NCBI GenBank assembly: GCA_041640655.1
Contig: JBEPZV010000041.1
Span: 1-19,259 of the forward strand
Reading direction: 5' to 3'
Source of the DNA: a bacterium
Lineage (GTDB): Bacteria; Acidobacteriota; Blastocatellia; HR10
DNA: 19,259 bases
This document shows, piece by piece, positions 1 to 9,069 of this stretch. The translations under genes were made by a program, and so were the position numbers. The notes under the pieces were generated by a model that saw only the letters and a program-made list of their open reading frames with translations, was not told the DNA's origin and made no database searches. Position 1 is the first letter of the stretch. The number at the start of each line of letters is the position of its first letter.

Positions 1-605
1 GGCGCGCGGCTCGGCATGAGCGCCTCCATGACCTGCCGCGCGATGCGCAGCTCGCTCTCCAGACGCCGCTTCTCCAGCATCTCCTGATGCAGATGGGCCT
101 TCTCGATGGCGATGGCGACCAGACTGGCGAAGAGCGTGAGCAGCTCCAAATCCGCCTCGGTGTACGCATTCGGCGTGTCGGATTCCAGATTGATCACGCC
201 GATGGTCTTCCCCCCGCTGCCGATCAAGGGAGCCGCCAGTTCCGAGCGCGTCTCCTCCCGCGCCCGGACGTAGTAAGGGTCCACGGTGACATCGGGGACG
301 ACACGCCCTCGGCTCGTCTGCAGGACATGCCCCACGATCCCCTCACAGCAGTGGAGCGGACTGGCCTGCGCCAGATCCTGTGGATATCCCACCGTCTCGT
401 ACCCGTGCAATAGCCCGGTCGCCGGATCGAAGATGAAGACCCCAGCCGCATCGTAGGGGATGAGCTGCTTCACCGCGCGCAGAATCCCCTGCAGGATCTC
501 GCCCAGGTCGAGCGAGATGCTCACGAGCCGAAAGGTGCGGATCAAGGTATGCCACCGCTCTTCGACGAGCGAAGGCTGTGCCGCGATGCGCTCTCGTTCT
601 CCCAT
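1..605 (-). CDS. GAF-domain protein, probably a GAF + PP2C/SpoIIE (RsbU-like) Ser/Thr phosphatase; 3' end lies beyond the window edge
   Basis: Not in the ORF track because there is no stop in the window. Manual translation from ATG at 605 (GAGGAG at 613-608) is open to base 1: MGERERIAAQ...LDLGEILQGILRAVKQLIPYDAAGVF...EGIVGHV...TRSELAAPLIGSGGKTIGVINLES...AIAIEKAHLHQEMLEKRRLESELRIARQVMEALMP. This is a GAF pattern followed by the 'ELxIAxxVxxxLxP' linker that precedes SpoIIE-type phosphatase domains. Confidence 0.85.
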   Translation of the reverse strand, partial: MGERERIAAQPSLVEERWHTLIRTFRLVSISLDLGEILQGILRAVKQLIPYDAAGVFIFDPATGLLHGYETVGYPQDLAQASPLHCCEGIVGHVLQTSRGRVVPDVTVDPYYVRAREETRSELAAPLIGSGGKTIGVINLESDTPNAYTEADLELLTLFASLVAIAIEKAHLHQEMLEKRRLESELRIARQVMEALMPSRA

Positions 606-655
606 AGCTCCTCACATCTTCTCTCGCCCCGACGGCGAACGCATCCCTCGCCGCT

Positions 656-1378
656 TCACCACCACGCGCGACGCCACCGAACGTACTCGCGCCGCTTGAA
701 GAGATGCACCAGGATGGCGCCGGCGACGAACCCCCCGATATGCGCCCACCAGGCGACGCCCCCCGTCTGCGCCGATTCGACGCCGAGACTCAAGGTCCCA
801 TAGAAGAATTGCTGCACGAACCAGAAGCCGAGGAAGAAGACGGCCGGAATCTCCACAAAGTGGAGGAAGATCCAGATCGGGACGAGCGTCACCACGCGCG
901 CCCCGGGATAGAGCATGAAATAGGCGCCGAGCACGCCGCTGATCGCCCCACTGGCCCCTAAGCTCGGGACATGCGAATGGGCATTGGTCACCACATGCGC
1001 CATCGTCGCCAGCACACCGCACAGGAGATAGAAGATCAAGAACCGGAGATGGCCCATTCGATCCTCGACGTTATCCCCGAAGATCCAGAGATAGAGCATA
1101 TTCCCGCCCAGATGCAGCCACCCGCCGTGCAGGAACATCGCCGTGAAGATCGGGAGGATCAGCTCCGTGGTCTCGTACTCGCGAAAGGTCCCCCACGGAT
1201 CAATATACCCCTCCGCGAAATACCGGACCGGAACCACGGCATAGGCATAAAAAAATCGCTGCAGCTCCGCCGGCCCCAGGAGCAATTCGTACAGGAACGC
1301 GAGGACATTGAGGACGATGAGCGTGACGGTGACGATGGGATAACTCCGAGACGGAATGTCATCGCGAATGGGAATCAT
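656..1378 (-). CDS. Rhomboid family intramembrane serine protease
   Basis: HGGWLHLGGNMLYLWIFGDNVE motif, catalytic GASG serine, AHIGG catalytic histidine, and several hydrophobic helices. Confidence 0.95.
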   Translation of the reverse strand: MIPIRDDIPSRSYPIVTVTLIVLNVLAFLYELLLGPAELQRFFYAYAVVPVRYFAEGYIDPWGTFREYETTELILPIFTAMFLHGGWLHLGGNMLYLWIFGDNVEDRMGHLRFLIFYLLCGVLATMAHVVTNAHSHVPSLGASGAISGVLGAYFMLYPGARVVTLVPIWIFLHFVEIPAVFFLGFWFVQQFFYGTLSLGVESAQTGGVAWWAHIGGFVAGAILVHLFKRREYVRWRRAWW

Positions 1379-1475
1379 CGTTCTGCCCGCCTCACGCCGG
1401 CCTGTGCCGCGCGCGGAGAAAGAGACGTTCGCATGTATCGCTGCGCCTGATGCTCACGGCCTCCTCGATCCAGGG

Positions 1476-1512
1476 AGAGATCATAACGGCCTGCGCCCGC
1501 GGGCGCAAGCCG
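1476..1512 (-). terminator. Putative intrinsic terminator after trpG
   Basis: Minus-strand RNA CGGCUUGCGCC-CGCG-GGCGCAGGCCG (11-bp stem with one G-U) followed by UUAUGAUCUCU, about 25 nt after the trpG stop. The U-tail is weak. Confidence 0.45.
1480..1508 (-). promoter_or_regulatory. Putative sigma70-type promoter for the rhomboid and GAF genes
   Basis: TTGCGC (1508-1503), 17-nt spacer, TATGAT (1485-1480) on the minus strand. Confidence 0.5.
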
Positions 1513-1536
1513 AGGGAGACCCCGCGACGCGCCGCG

Positions 1537-2118
1537 CTATGAGACCTCACCGCAGAGCTGGAGGAAGTTCCGCAACAGAAGCTTTCCGACGTGTCCCGTC
1601 ATGATGGACTCCGGGTGGAACTGCACACCCTCGCACACGAACTCCCGATGGCGCACCCCCATGATCAACCCATCCGAGGATGTAGCCGAGACCTCCAGGC
1701 ACGCGGGCACGGAGTCCCGTTCCACGACCAGTGAATGATAACGCGTGGCCGGGAAAGGATTCGGCAGATCGCGAAAGATCGTGCGGCCATCGTGCACGAT
1801 CATGCTCGTCTTCCCGTGCATGAGCACGGGCGCGCGCACGATGCGTCCGCCGAAGGCTTGCCCGATCGCCTGATGGCCCAGACAGACACCGAGGATCGGG
1901 ATGCGCCCGGCGAAGGTCCGGATCGCCTCCAGCGTGATCCCCGCATCGTCGGGCGTGCCCGGCCCCGGCGAGATCACGATCGCCCGAGGGGATCGCGCGG
2001 CGATCTCCTCCACCTGAATCCGATCGTTCCGATAGACCTCGACCGCCGCCCCCAACTCGGCCAGATATTGCACGAGATTGAAAGTGAACGAGTCGTAATT
2101 GTCAATGACGAGGATCAT
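1537..2118 (-). CDS. trpG: Anthranilate synthase component II (class I glutamine amidotransferase, TrpG/PabA family)
   Basis: [21 protein letters not shown] (catalytic Cys), RYHSL, QFHPES; GGAGGAG SD upstream; adjacent to trpE. Confidence 0.93.
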   Translation of the reverse strand: MILVIDNYDSFTFNLVQYLAELGAAVEVYRNDRIQVEEIAARSPRAIVISPGPGTPDDAGITLEAIRTFAGRIPILGVCLGHQAIGQAFGGRIVRAPVLMHGKTSMIVHDGRTIFRDLPNPFPATRYHSLVVERDSVPACLEVSATSSDGLIMGVRHREFVCEGVQFHPESIMTGHVGKLLLRNFLQLCGEVS

Positions 2119-2339
2119 CGCCCTCCTCCACGCCCCCGATGCGAAAGCGGATCGGGATCGTCGTCACCGGCGCCTTGTGGGCATCGGTCTCCAGCGTCCC
2201 GATCCCGGCGGCGCATCTTGCGCGGAGACCGCCCGACGATGGCCTGCGCGCCCTTGAGCGTCCGGACGGCGAACAGCTCCGGCAGAAGCGGCGCACCGGA
2301 TACCGCCTGAGACGCTGCGAGAATCCCCACCGCCCTCAC
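2102..2339 (-). pseudogene. Possible frameshifted gene remnant or short bridging ORF between trpE and trpG
   Basis: The 74-aa ORF 2339-2115 overlaps the trpE stop (GTGA) and the trpG start (ATGA). G/C-ending codon bias appears to move from this frame to the 2296-2102 frame near 2205-2215. Confidence 0.3.
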
Positions 2340-3820
2340 AGCTCGCTCCTCGCCAGCTCGATGGCGCGAATCACCGAACGGGCTTTGCTCACCGTCTCCT
2401 GATACTCCCGTTCGGGAACGGAATCAGCGACGATCCCAGCCCCGGCCTGAATGTACGCCCGCCCATCCCGGACCAACGCCGTGCGAATGACGATGCACGA
2501 ATCGAGATTCCCCGAATAATCGGCGTAGAGGATAGCCCCGGCGTAGAGGCCGCGCCGCGTCGGTTCCAACTCATCAATGATCTCCATGGCGCGGATCTTG
2601 GGCGCGCCCGTCACCGTGCCGGCCGGGAAGCAAGCGGCCAGCACATCGAACCGATCCTTATCCGGCCGACGTCGCCCGCGAATGGTCGAGACCAGATGCA
2701 TGACGTGCGAATAGCGCTCGACGACCATCAGATCGGTGACCTCCACCGATCCGTACGCGGCCACGCGGCCGACGTCGTTGCGCCCCAGATCCACGAGCAT
2801 GACATGCTCGGCCCTCTCCTTCTCATCCGCAAGCAGATCGGCCTCGAGCGCGCGATCCTCGGCTTCGGTCGTACCGCGCGGGCGCGTCCCCGCGATCGGG
2901 CGATAGGTGATCTCATCCCCCACGAGCCGCACGAGCATCTCCGGCGACGCGCCCACCACCTGCATCCCCTCCAGCTCCATGTAGAACATGTACGGCGAGG
3001 GGTTGATCATCCGCAGCGCGCGATACACCTGAAACGGATCGAGATCGCCTATCTCGACCTCGAAGCGTTGCGAGAGGACGATCTGAAACGCATCCCCTCG
3101 GGCGATATACTCCTTCGCCTCTCGCACGCGCTCCTCGAACTCCTCCGGCGTCATGTTCGAGCGCACCGGGAGTGGAGCCGCGAGGGTTCGCGACCGCGGC
3201 ATCTCCAGTGGGCGCTCCAGCAGCGCCTCCATCGCTTCGATCTCCCCCACGGCGTGCTCGTATTTCTCCCGCAACCGATGCTCGCGCCCGCCGGTGAAGA
3301 TGTTCGCGATGAGGTGAATCTGATGGCGCGCGTGATCGAAGGCCACCAGCGTCGCATAGAACATCATCTGCGCGAGATCCAGGGGCAGATCATCTCGCGC
3401 GCGCGCCGGAATGCGCTCGAACCACCGGACGGCATCATAGGCGAGGTACCCGACGGCTCCCGCCGTGAAGGGGGGAAGCCCGGGCCGCGAGACCGGATGA
3501 TACGAAGCCGTCAGCTCGCGCAGCAACTCGAAGAACGCCTCCCCGCGTTCGACGCGTTCTCCGGCCGTCTCGATCAGACATCGCCCCTCTTGCGCGCGGA
3601 CGACCGTATGGGGATTCGCCCCGATGAAGGAGTAGCGGGCGATCTTCTCCCCCCCTTCGACGGATTCGAGCAGGAAGGGGAAGCGCGCGTGCGTCCGCAG
3701 GCGCAGGAACGCGGAGACCGGCGTGAGCCAATCGGCGGGGATGACCTTCGTCACGGGGATGATATTCCCCCTGCGCGCCAGCTCGCGCACCTCGGCGAAC
3801 GTCGGCCGAATCGTCCCCAT
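2336..3820 (-). CDS. trpE: Anthranilate synthase component I
   Basis: LLES and NPSPYM Trp-feedback motifs, PIAGTRPRG (Ala where PabB has Lys), EHVMLVDLGRND, YSHVMH, FPAGTVTGAPK, QAGAGIVADS. Confidence 0.95.
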   Translation of the reverse strand: MGTIRPTFAEVRELARRGNIIPVTKVIPADWLTPVSAFLRLRTHARFPFLLESVEGGEKIARYSFIGANPHTVVRAQEGRCLIETAGERVERGEAFFELLRELTASYHPVSRPGLPPFTAGAVGYLAYDAVRWFERIPARARDDLPLDLAQMMFYATLVAFDHARHQIHLIANIFTGGREHRLREKYEHAVGEIEAMEALLERPLEMPRSRTLAAPLPVRSNMTPEEFEERVREAKEYIARGDAFQIVLSQRFEVEIGDLDPFQVYRALRMINPSPYMFYMELEGMQVVGASPEMLVRLVGDEITYRPIAGTRPRGTTEAEDRALEADLLADEKERAEHVMLVDLGRNDVGRVAAYGSVEVTDLMVVERYSHVMHLVSTIRGRRRPDKDRFDVLAACFPAGTVTGAPKIRAMEIIDELEPTRRGLYAGAILYADYSGNLDSCIVIRTALVRDGRAYIQAGAGIVADSVPEREYQETVSKARSVIRAIELARSEL

Positions 3821-3824
3821 CGCT

Positions 3825-4508
3825 TCACCTGGAGGGCAAGACGCGACTCTCGCTCGCGCGCCCCGTGCGATTCCGCAGCTCGACGAGAATATCCCGTGGA
3901 TTCAACTCCCGATCGGCCATGAGCACCAGCAGATGGTAGAAGAGATCGGCGATCTTGCTGCCCAACTCCTTCTTCGATCCCGCCTTGGCCGCGATGGCCA
4001 TATCCATGAGCTGCTCGCCCAAGCGCCGCAGGATCACATCCACGCCACCGCTGAGCAGCAGAGCTGTGTAGGACTTCTCCGGACGCTCCCGATTTCGCTC
4101 CTGGATGAACTCGAACAGCTCGCCGAGCAGAATCCCCATCTCCAGCGAAGCGAGCCCCACGACCGAGACCCCCTCCCGCTTCTCCTCCAGCTCCCCGATC
4201 TCCCGAAAGAAGCACGTCTCCTCGCCCGTCTGGCACGCCGGCCCGCGCGGGTCCACCTTCACGATCAAGGCGTCGCCATCGCAATCCACGATGATGTCCA
4301 CGACGCGCTGCGTGTTCCCCCCGGCCCCCACCTCGCGCTGGATGCGCCGCGCGCGCGCGTTCCACGTGTGCGTCTCCCCGGTTCGGAGCGTGAGCGCCAA
4401 GGCCTCGGCATTCATGTGCGCGAGCATGAGGATGCGTCCCGTCTCGTGGTCCTGAATGATCGCAGGGATCAAGCCGCGCTCATCGAACCGCAATCCCTGG
4501 ATCACCAT
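3825..4508 (-). CDS. hisIE: HisIE-like protein (PRA-CH and PRA-PH domains) with degenerate active sites; alternative GTG start at 4517
   Basis: GLIPAIIQD...LMLAHMN, DCDGDAL, GPACQTG..TCF, SYTALL and ADLFYHLLVL match the HisIE scaffold. The SRSR/LWxKGETSG, CH, GEExxE and ExxD motifs are altered. Confidence 0.88.
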   Translation of the reverse strand: MVIQGLRFDERGLIPAIIQDHETGRILMLAHMNAEALALTLRTGETHTWNARARRIQREVGAGGNTQRVVDIIVDCDGDALIVKVDPRGPACQTGEETCFFREIGELEEKREGVSVVGLASLEMGILLGELFEFIQERNRERPEKSYTALLLSGGVDVILRRLGEQLMDMAIAAKAGSKKELGSKIADLFYHLLVLMADRELNPRDILVELRNRTGRASESRVLPSR

Positions 4509-4554
4509 AGCCCTCACCGCCTCGATCGTGTCCTCGCTCGCGAAATCCTTGGGA

Positions 4555-4584
4555 AATCTACGCCAGAGGGGCGGGAGCTGTCAA
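4555..4584 (-). promoter_or_regulatory. Putative sigma70 promoter for the hisIE-like/trpE/trpG unit
   Basis: Consensus TTGACA (4584-4579), 18-nt spacer, TAGATT (4560-4555), in the intergenic gap. Confidence 0.7.
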
Positions 4585-4627
4585 CGAAGCACCACCTCGA
4601 CCTCGTGCGGAGAGACGGATCCCGCCT

Positions 4628-4951
4628 TCAGGGCCCTCCCGCGCTCGAGGTCCATCCGGATGGTTCCGGCACCCAATCTCGCGTGAAAATATCGGCCGCC
4701 GTCAGCCCGACCAGAAGAAGGAACCAGAAGAGCGCCGCGCCGACAAAGCCCCAGATCAACCGCGAGCTGTACTTCAGGTGCATGAAATAGAGGACGACGA
4801 GCACGGCCTTGGTCGTCGCGATGGCGAGGGCCAGATAGATGTTCAACCATCCGAGGTCATAAAAGGCCACATCCACGGTGACCAGCGTCAGCAGTAGCAG
4901 CGTGATGAAGACGAGCCAATAAATCCGTTGCGGGACGATGGACTGGGCCAT
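4628..4951 (-). CDS. ctaF: caa3-type cytochrome c oxidase subunit IV
   Basis: Three TM helices with the IATTKAVLVVLYFMHLKY motif; last gene after subunit III; GAGGAGAGAGG SD. Confidence 0.9.
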   Translation of the reverse strand: MAQSIVPQRIYWLVFITLLLLTLVTVDVAFYDLGWLNIYLALAIATTKAVLVVLYFMHLKYSSRLIWGFVGAALFWFLLLVGLTAADIFTRDWVPEPSGWTSSAGGP

Positions 4952-4961
4952 ACCTCTCTCC

Positions 4962-5627
4962 TCACGCTCGACTGATCAGATACAGCAGGGGGAAGAGATA
5001 AATCCAGACGACGTCCACGAAGTGCCAGTAGAGCCCGGCGACTTCCACAGGCGTGTAATACTGCGGGGAGAAGCGCCCGCGCCACGCCATGATCCACAGC
5101 ACGGCGAGCACGCCGATGCCGACCACCATGTGGAGCGCATGCAGGCCCGTCATCGCGAAGTAGAAGGAGAAGAAGAGCTCAGCGGCGCGCGCCTCCGGCC
5201 CCTCGAAGCGAAATGAGGGCCCGGGCACCAGGTGCTCGTGGAATTTATGCGAATACTCGACGACCTTCACTCCCAGGAAGACCAGGCCTAAGGCCATCGT
5301 CAGTCCCAGAAAGAGCCGCAGCGCGCGACCCTGCCCCAGTTGCGCGCTGCGCACGGCGAGCGCCATGGTCAAACTGCTGCAGATGAGCACGGCCGTGTTG
5401 AACGCCCCGAGCAGATAGTCGAGGCGGCGGCTCGCCACGGCGAATCCTTCCGGATGGAGCGACCGGTAGATGGCGTAGCTGGCGAACAATCCGCCGAAGA
5501 ACATGACCTCCGTGATGAGGAACACCCACATGCCGAGCGTGGACGCCTCAAACTGTTGCTCCAGATCATCGAAATGATGCGCCAGCGGCGAACGCGCCGA
5601 CGAGGCCGATGAGACCTCAGCCCACAT
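4962..5627 (-). CDS. ctaE: Cytochrome c oxidase subunit III (short form)
   Basis: [44 protein letters not shown]. Confidence 0.95.
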   Translation of the reverse strand: MWAEVSSASSARSPLAHHFDDLEQQFEASTLGMWVFLITEVMFFGGLFASYAIYRSLHPEGFAVASRRLDYLLGAFNTAVLICSSLTMALAVRSAQLGQGRALRLFLGLTMALGLVFLGVKVVEYSHKFHEHLVPGPSFRFEGPEARAAELFFSFYFAMTGLHALHMVVGIGVLAVLWIMAWRGRFSPQYYTPVEVAGLYWHFVDVVWIYLFPLLYLISRA

Positions 5628-7242
5628 GCGCCTCCTCCGATCTCGGCGTGTACTCGTATGGCTCGCCCGTGACCACCGGCGTCACATCGAAATTGTGCGG
5701 CGGCGGCGGCGACGGCACCAGCCATTCCAGACCTTTCGCCCCCCATGGATTCTCCGGCGCCCTCGGTCCATACCGCAGCGACCAGATGAAGTAGATCATC
5801 GGGATGAGATACCCCACCCCCAGAATCGAAGCCCCCGCCGAGGACATGACGTTGAGCACCTGAAACTCCTCGGGATAGACGTGATACCGACGCGGCATGC
5901 CGAGATACCCGAGGACGAACTGCGGGAAGAACGTCAGATTGAACCCCACGAAGATGACCAGGGCGGCGAATCGCGCCCATCCCTCCGGATAGATCTTCCC
6001 CGTCATCTTCGGCCACCAGTAATGCAGGCCGCCCAAATAGGCCATGATCGTCCCGCCCACCATGATGTAATGGAAATGCGCGACGACGAAATACGTGTCG
6101 TGCACGTGCACATCCACGGCGAGCGTCGCCAGGAAGATCCCCGTCAGTCCGCCGATCGTGAAGAGGCCAATGAAGCCGAGCGCATACAGCATCGGCGCCT
6201 GATAGGAGACCGAGCCCTTATACAGCGTGGCCGTCCAATTGAACACCTTCACGGCCGAGGGGATCGCCACCAGCATCGTGAGCGCGGAGAAGACCATGCC
6301 CGCATACACCGATTGCCCGCTCGTGAACATGTGATGCCCCCAGACGAGGAATCCCAAGGTCGCAATGGCGATGCTGGAGAACGCGATGAAGTGATAGCCG
6401 AAGATGCGCCGGCGAGCGAAGCAGGTGATCACTTCGTTGATGACCCCCATGGCCGGCAGGATCATGATGTAGACGGCCGGATGCGAGTAGAACCAAAACA
6501 GATGCTGAAAGAGCAGCGGATCCCCGCCGAGCCTCGGATCGAAGATCCCGATGTGAAAGAGCCGCTCCAGACCCACCAGCAGGATGGCGATGGCGACCAC
6601 CGGCGTCCCCAGGATCATGATGAGGCTCGTCGCATAGTGCGCCCAAATGAAGAGCGGGAGCCGAAACCACGTCATCCCCGGCGCGCGCATCTTGTGAATG
6701 GTCACCAGGAAGTTCAGCCCCGTCAGGATCGAGGAGAATCCCGTGATGAAGATCCCCACGGCCGTGAGCATGACGTTCGAGTTCGAGTAGGTGCTGCTGT
6801 AGGGCGTGTAGAACGTCCAGCCCGTGTCCACGCCCCCGAGGATGGCCGCCGCCAGGGTGAACAGGCCGCCGAGCGTGTAGATGTACCAGCTCAACAGGTT
6901 CAGGCGCGGAAAGGCCAGATCCCGCGCGCCGATCATGAGCGGCACCAGGAAATTCCCGAGCACGGCCGGAATCGCCGGGATGAGGAAGAAGAAGATCATG
7001 ATGACCCCGTGCATGGTGAAGAGCCGATTGTACGTCTCCGATTGCACGAGATCGCCCGGCGGCGTCATCAGCTCCAGGCGAATGAGGACGGCGAAGAAGC
7101 CTCCGAGGAAGAAGAAGAGCGTGACCGAGAGCAAATAGAGCAAGGCGATCCGCTTATGATCGGTCGTCAACAGCCACGACCGCACACCATAGCTCACATT
7201 CAGGTAATTCACGCGCGGCGATTCGACCGCAGGTGTACTCAT
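5617..7242 (-). CDS. ctaD: Heme-copper oxidase subunit I, A2 type
   Basis: TDHKRI (D-channel Asp), [13 protein letters not shown] (YS signature of A2), WGHHMF, AVKVFNW (K-channel Lys), AHFHY. Confidence 0.97.
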   Translation of the reverse strand: MSTPAVESPRVNYLNVSYGVRSWLLTTDHKRIALLYLLSVTLFFFLGGFFAVLIRLELMTPPGDLVQSETYNRLFTMHGVIMIFFFLIPAIPAVLGNFLVPLMIGARDLAFPRLNLLSWYIYTLGGLFTLAAAILGGVDTGWTFYTPYSSTYSNSNVMLTAVGIFITGFSSILTGLNFLVTIHKMRAPGMTWFRLPLFIWAHYATSLIMILGTPVVAIAILLVGLERLFHIGIFDPRLGGDPLLFQHLFWFYSHPAVYIMILPAMGVINEVITCFARRRIFGYHFIAFSSIAIATLGFLVWGHHMFTSGQSVYAGMVFSALTMLVAIPSAVKVFNWTATLYKGSVSYQAPMLYALGFIGLFTIGGLTGIFLATLAVDVHVHDTYFVVAHFHYIMVGGTIMAYLGGLHYWWPKMTGKIYPEGWARFAALVIFVGFNLTFFPQFVLGYLGMPRRYHVYPEEFQVLNVMSSAGASILGVGYLIPMIYFIWSLRYGPRAPENPWGAKGLEWLVPSPPPPHNFDVTPVVTGEPYEYTPRSEEAHVG

Positions 7243-8198
7243 CGCTGCCCTCCTTCCGCTCCGAGCGATTTGAGATAAGCGACAAGCTGCAGCAGTTGCT
7301 CTTCCGTGATCTGCCCCTGATAGGTCGGCATATCCGAGGGCGAGGGGAATCCGGCGACGATCTTCGCATTCGGATTCAGGATGGATTCCCGCAGGTAGGC
7401 CTCATCGGCCACGACCGTCCGCCCATCGGCCAGTTGGACCGGACGACCGAAGAGCCCGCGCAGGGACGGCCCTCGCCCCTGACCGTCCTCGCGATGGCAG
7501 GTGTGGCAGGCCAACTGCTGGAAGAGGCGCTCGCCCGCTTGCGCGAGCGATTCCGTCCGCACGCCGCCCCCACCGCTCAACCAGTTCTGATACTCGACCG
7601 GATCCATGACGATGACCCACCCGGTCATCTCCGAATGCTTCGTGCCACAATATTCCGCGCAGAACAGACGATACCGCCCGGGCCGCGTCGCTTCGAACCA
7701 GAGCGTCGTGTATCGGCCCGGCACGACGTCCTTCTTCACCCGAAAGTCGGGGATGTAGAAGCTGTGGATCACGTCCTCGGTCGCCATCGTCAACTTGACC
7801 GGGCGCCCCGCCGGAACGTGCAGCTCGTTGATCTCGCGCTGTCCGGTCGGATGCTGAATGTGCCACATCCATTGCTTCCCCACGACGTAGATCTCCAGCG
7901 CGTCCGCTGGCGCGCGCCCGTACATCTTGAAGTACAGCGCCGCGCCCCACCCGAAGATGGTGAGCACAAGCCCCAAGGGGATCACGATCCACGTGAGCTC
8001 CAAGGCCAGCGAACCGCGGACCGGTCGCGGGACTTCCCCCTCCGAACGCCGGCGATACTTGATCGCGAAGACGGTGATCAGGATGAAGATGAGGGCGATG
8101 AAGAACACGCTCATGCCGACCAGGAATCCATAGAGCGTATCCACCTCCGGCGCGAATGTGGATGCGCGCTCAGGCAGAAGCGGAAGATTCCTCCACAT
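7239..8198 (-). CDS. ctaC: Cytochrome c oxidase subunit II with fused C-terminal cytochrome c (caa3 type)
   Basis: DVIHSF and [12 protein letters not shown]uA ligands; CHTCH heme c motif with downstream MP. Start moved from 8294 to ATG 8198 (GAGGGAG SD), which avoids overlap with sco. Confidence 0.95.
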   Translation of the reverse strand: MWRNLPLLPERASTFAPEVDTLYGFLVGMSVFFIALIFILITVFAIKYRRRSEGEVPRPVRGSLALELTWIVIPLGLVLTIFGWGAALYFKMYGRAPADALEIYVVGKQWMWHIQHPTGQREINELHVPAGRPVKLTMATEDVIHSFYIPDFRVKKDVVPGRYTTLWFEATRPGRYRLFCAEYCGTKHSEMTGWVIVMDPVEYQNWLSGGGGVRTESLAQAGERLFQQLACHTCHREDGQGRGPSLRGLFGRPVQLADGRTVVADEAYLRESILNPNAKIVAGFPSPSDMPTYQGQITEEQLLQLVAYLKSLGAEGGQR

Positions 8199-8208
8199 GG
8201 CTTCTCCC

Positions 8209-9069
8209 TCACTCGTGCGCTGCCCGCTTCTTCCGCCGCTCCCGACGGAACATCGCGAGCATGAAGCCGCCCAAGGCGAGCACGGTCGCCGCACCCGCCA
8301 GCCGCAGCACGTTCATGATGAGCATGCTGTATCGGCCCGTCTTCGGATCGTAGTGGTAGCAGTAGAGCAACAACTGATCCACGGGCGAGCCGATCTTCCC
8401 TTGCGCGGCCTCGACCAGACCAAGTCGCAGATCGCGCGGCGCATACTCGATGCCGTAGAAGTATCGGGCCACGCGCCCCTGCGGGGTGAGCACCATGATG
8501 CCGCTGGCATGGGCGAACTGCCCAGTCTCCGCATCGAAGGCGTAGCGGAAGCCCACCGCCTCCGTCAGTCGCCGAATGGCCGTCTCCTCCCCGGTCAGGA
8601 AGTGCCATCCGCGCTCGGCCTCCGAACGCCCATAGCTCCGCACGTACGCCCGCTTCTTGGCCGCCGCCAACTCCGGCCCCTCGCGCGGATCGAAGCTCAC
8701 CGTGAGGACGATGAACTCCCTCCCCGCCGTGAATGAGAGCGCGCGCAGGCTCCGCAACAGTCCGTTCAAGATGAGCGTGCAGAGCATCGGACACTCATAG
8801 TAGACGAGCGAGAGGATGACCGGTCGCTCGCCGAAATATTCCCGCAGCGCGACGGCCCGTCCGCTCTCATCGCGGAAGACGAGATCGAGCGGAACCTGGG
8901 CATTGAGCTTCTGATCAATGCCGACCCGCTGCAGAATCGGCGCCGGCTGGCTCGAGGGCACGCCCTGCGCCCATCCCTCCCGCGCGAAGGGAGACCACAC
9001 GCCCAGCCCGCCGATGATCATCAGACCGAGGCTCACCCATGAACGCAGCCGCCTCCTCCAGAATCTCAT
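8209..9069 (-). CDS. SCO1/SenC family copper chaperone
   Basis: N-terminal signal, ECPMLC (CxxxC), conserved His in FAHASG, C-terminal LLYCYHYDP plus TM helix; ATGA overlap with the upstream gene. Confidence 0.92.
   Translation of the reverse strand: MRFWRRRLRSWVSLGLMIIGGLGVWSPFAREGWAQGVPSSQPAPILQRVGIDQKLNAQVPLDLVFRDESGRAVALREYFGERPVILSLVYYECPMLCTLILNGLLRSLRALSFTAGREFIVLTVSFDPREGPELAAAKKRAYVRSYGRSEAERGWHFLTGEETAIRRLTEAVGFRYAFDAETGQFAHASGIMVLTPQGRVARYFYGIEYAPRDLRLGLVEAAQGKIGSPVDQLLLYCYHYDPKTGRYSMLIMNVLRLAGAATVLALGGFMLAMFRRERRKKRAAHE

Noticed and set aside
2336..3820. PabB (ADC synthase) assignment
   Set aside because: The motif is PIAGT rather than PIKGT, which fits TrpE.
4509..4627. trp/his leader peptide or T-box attenuator
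   Set aside because: No Trp- or His-codon run, no terminator hairpin, and the predicted leader is too short.
5626..7278. Long plus-strand ORFs antisense to real genes (e.g. 550 aa here, 2696-3922, 12043-13359, 14100-15290)
   Set aside because: Arg/His/Pro-rich shadows expected from high GC3 on the coding strand; no recognisable motifs.
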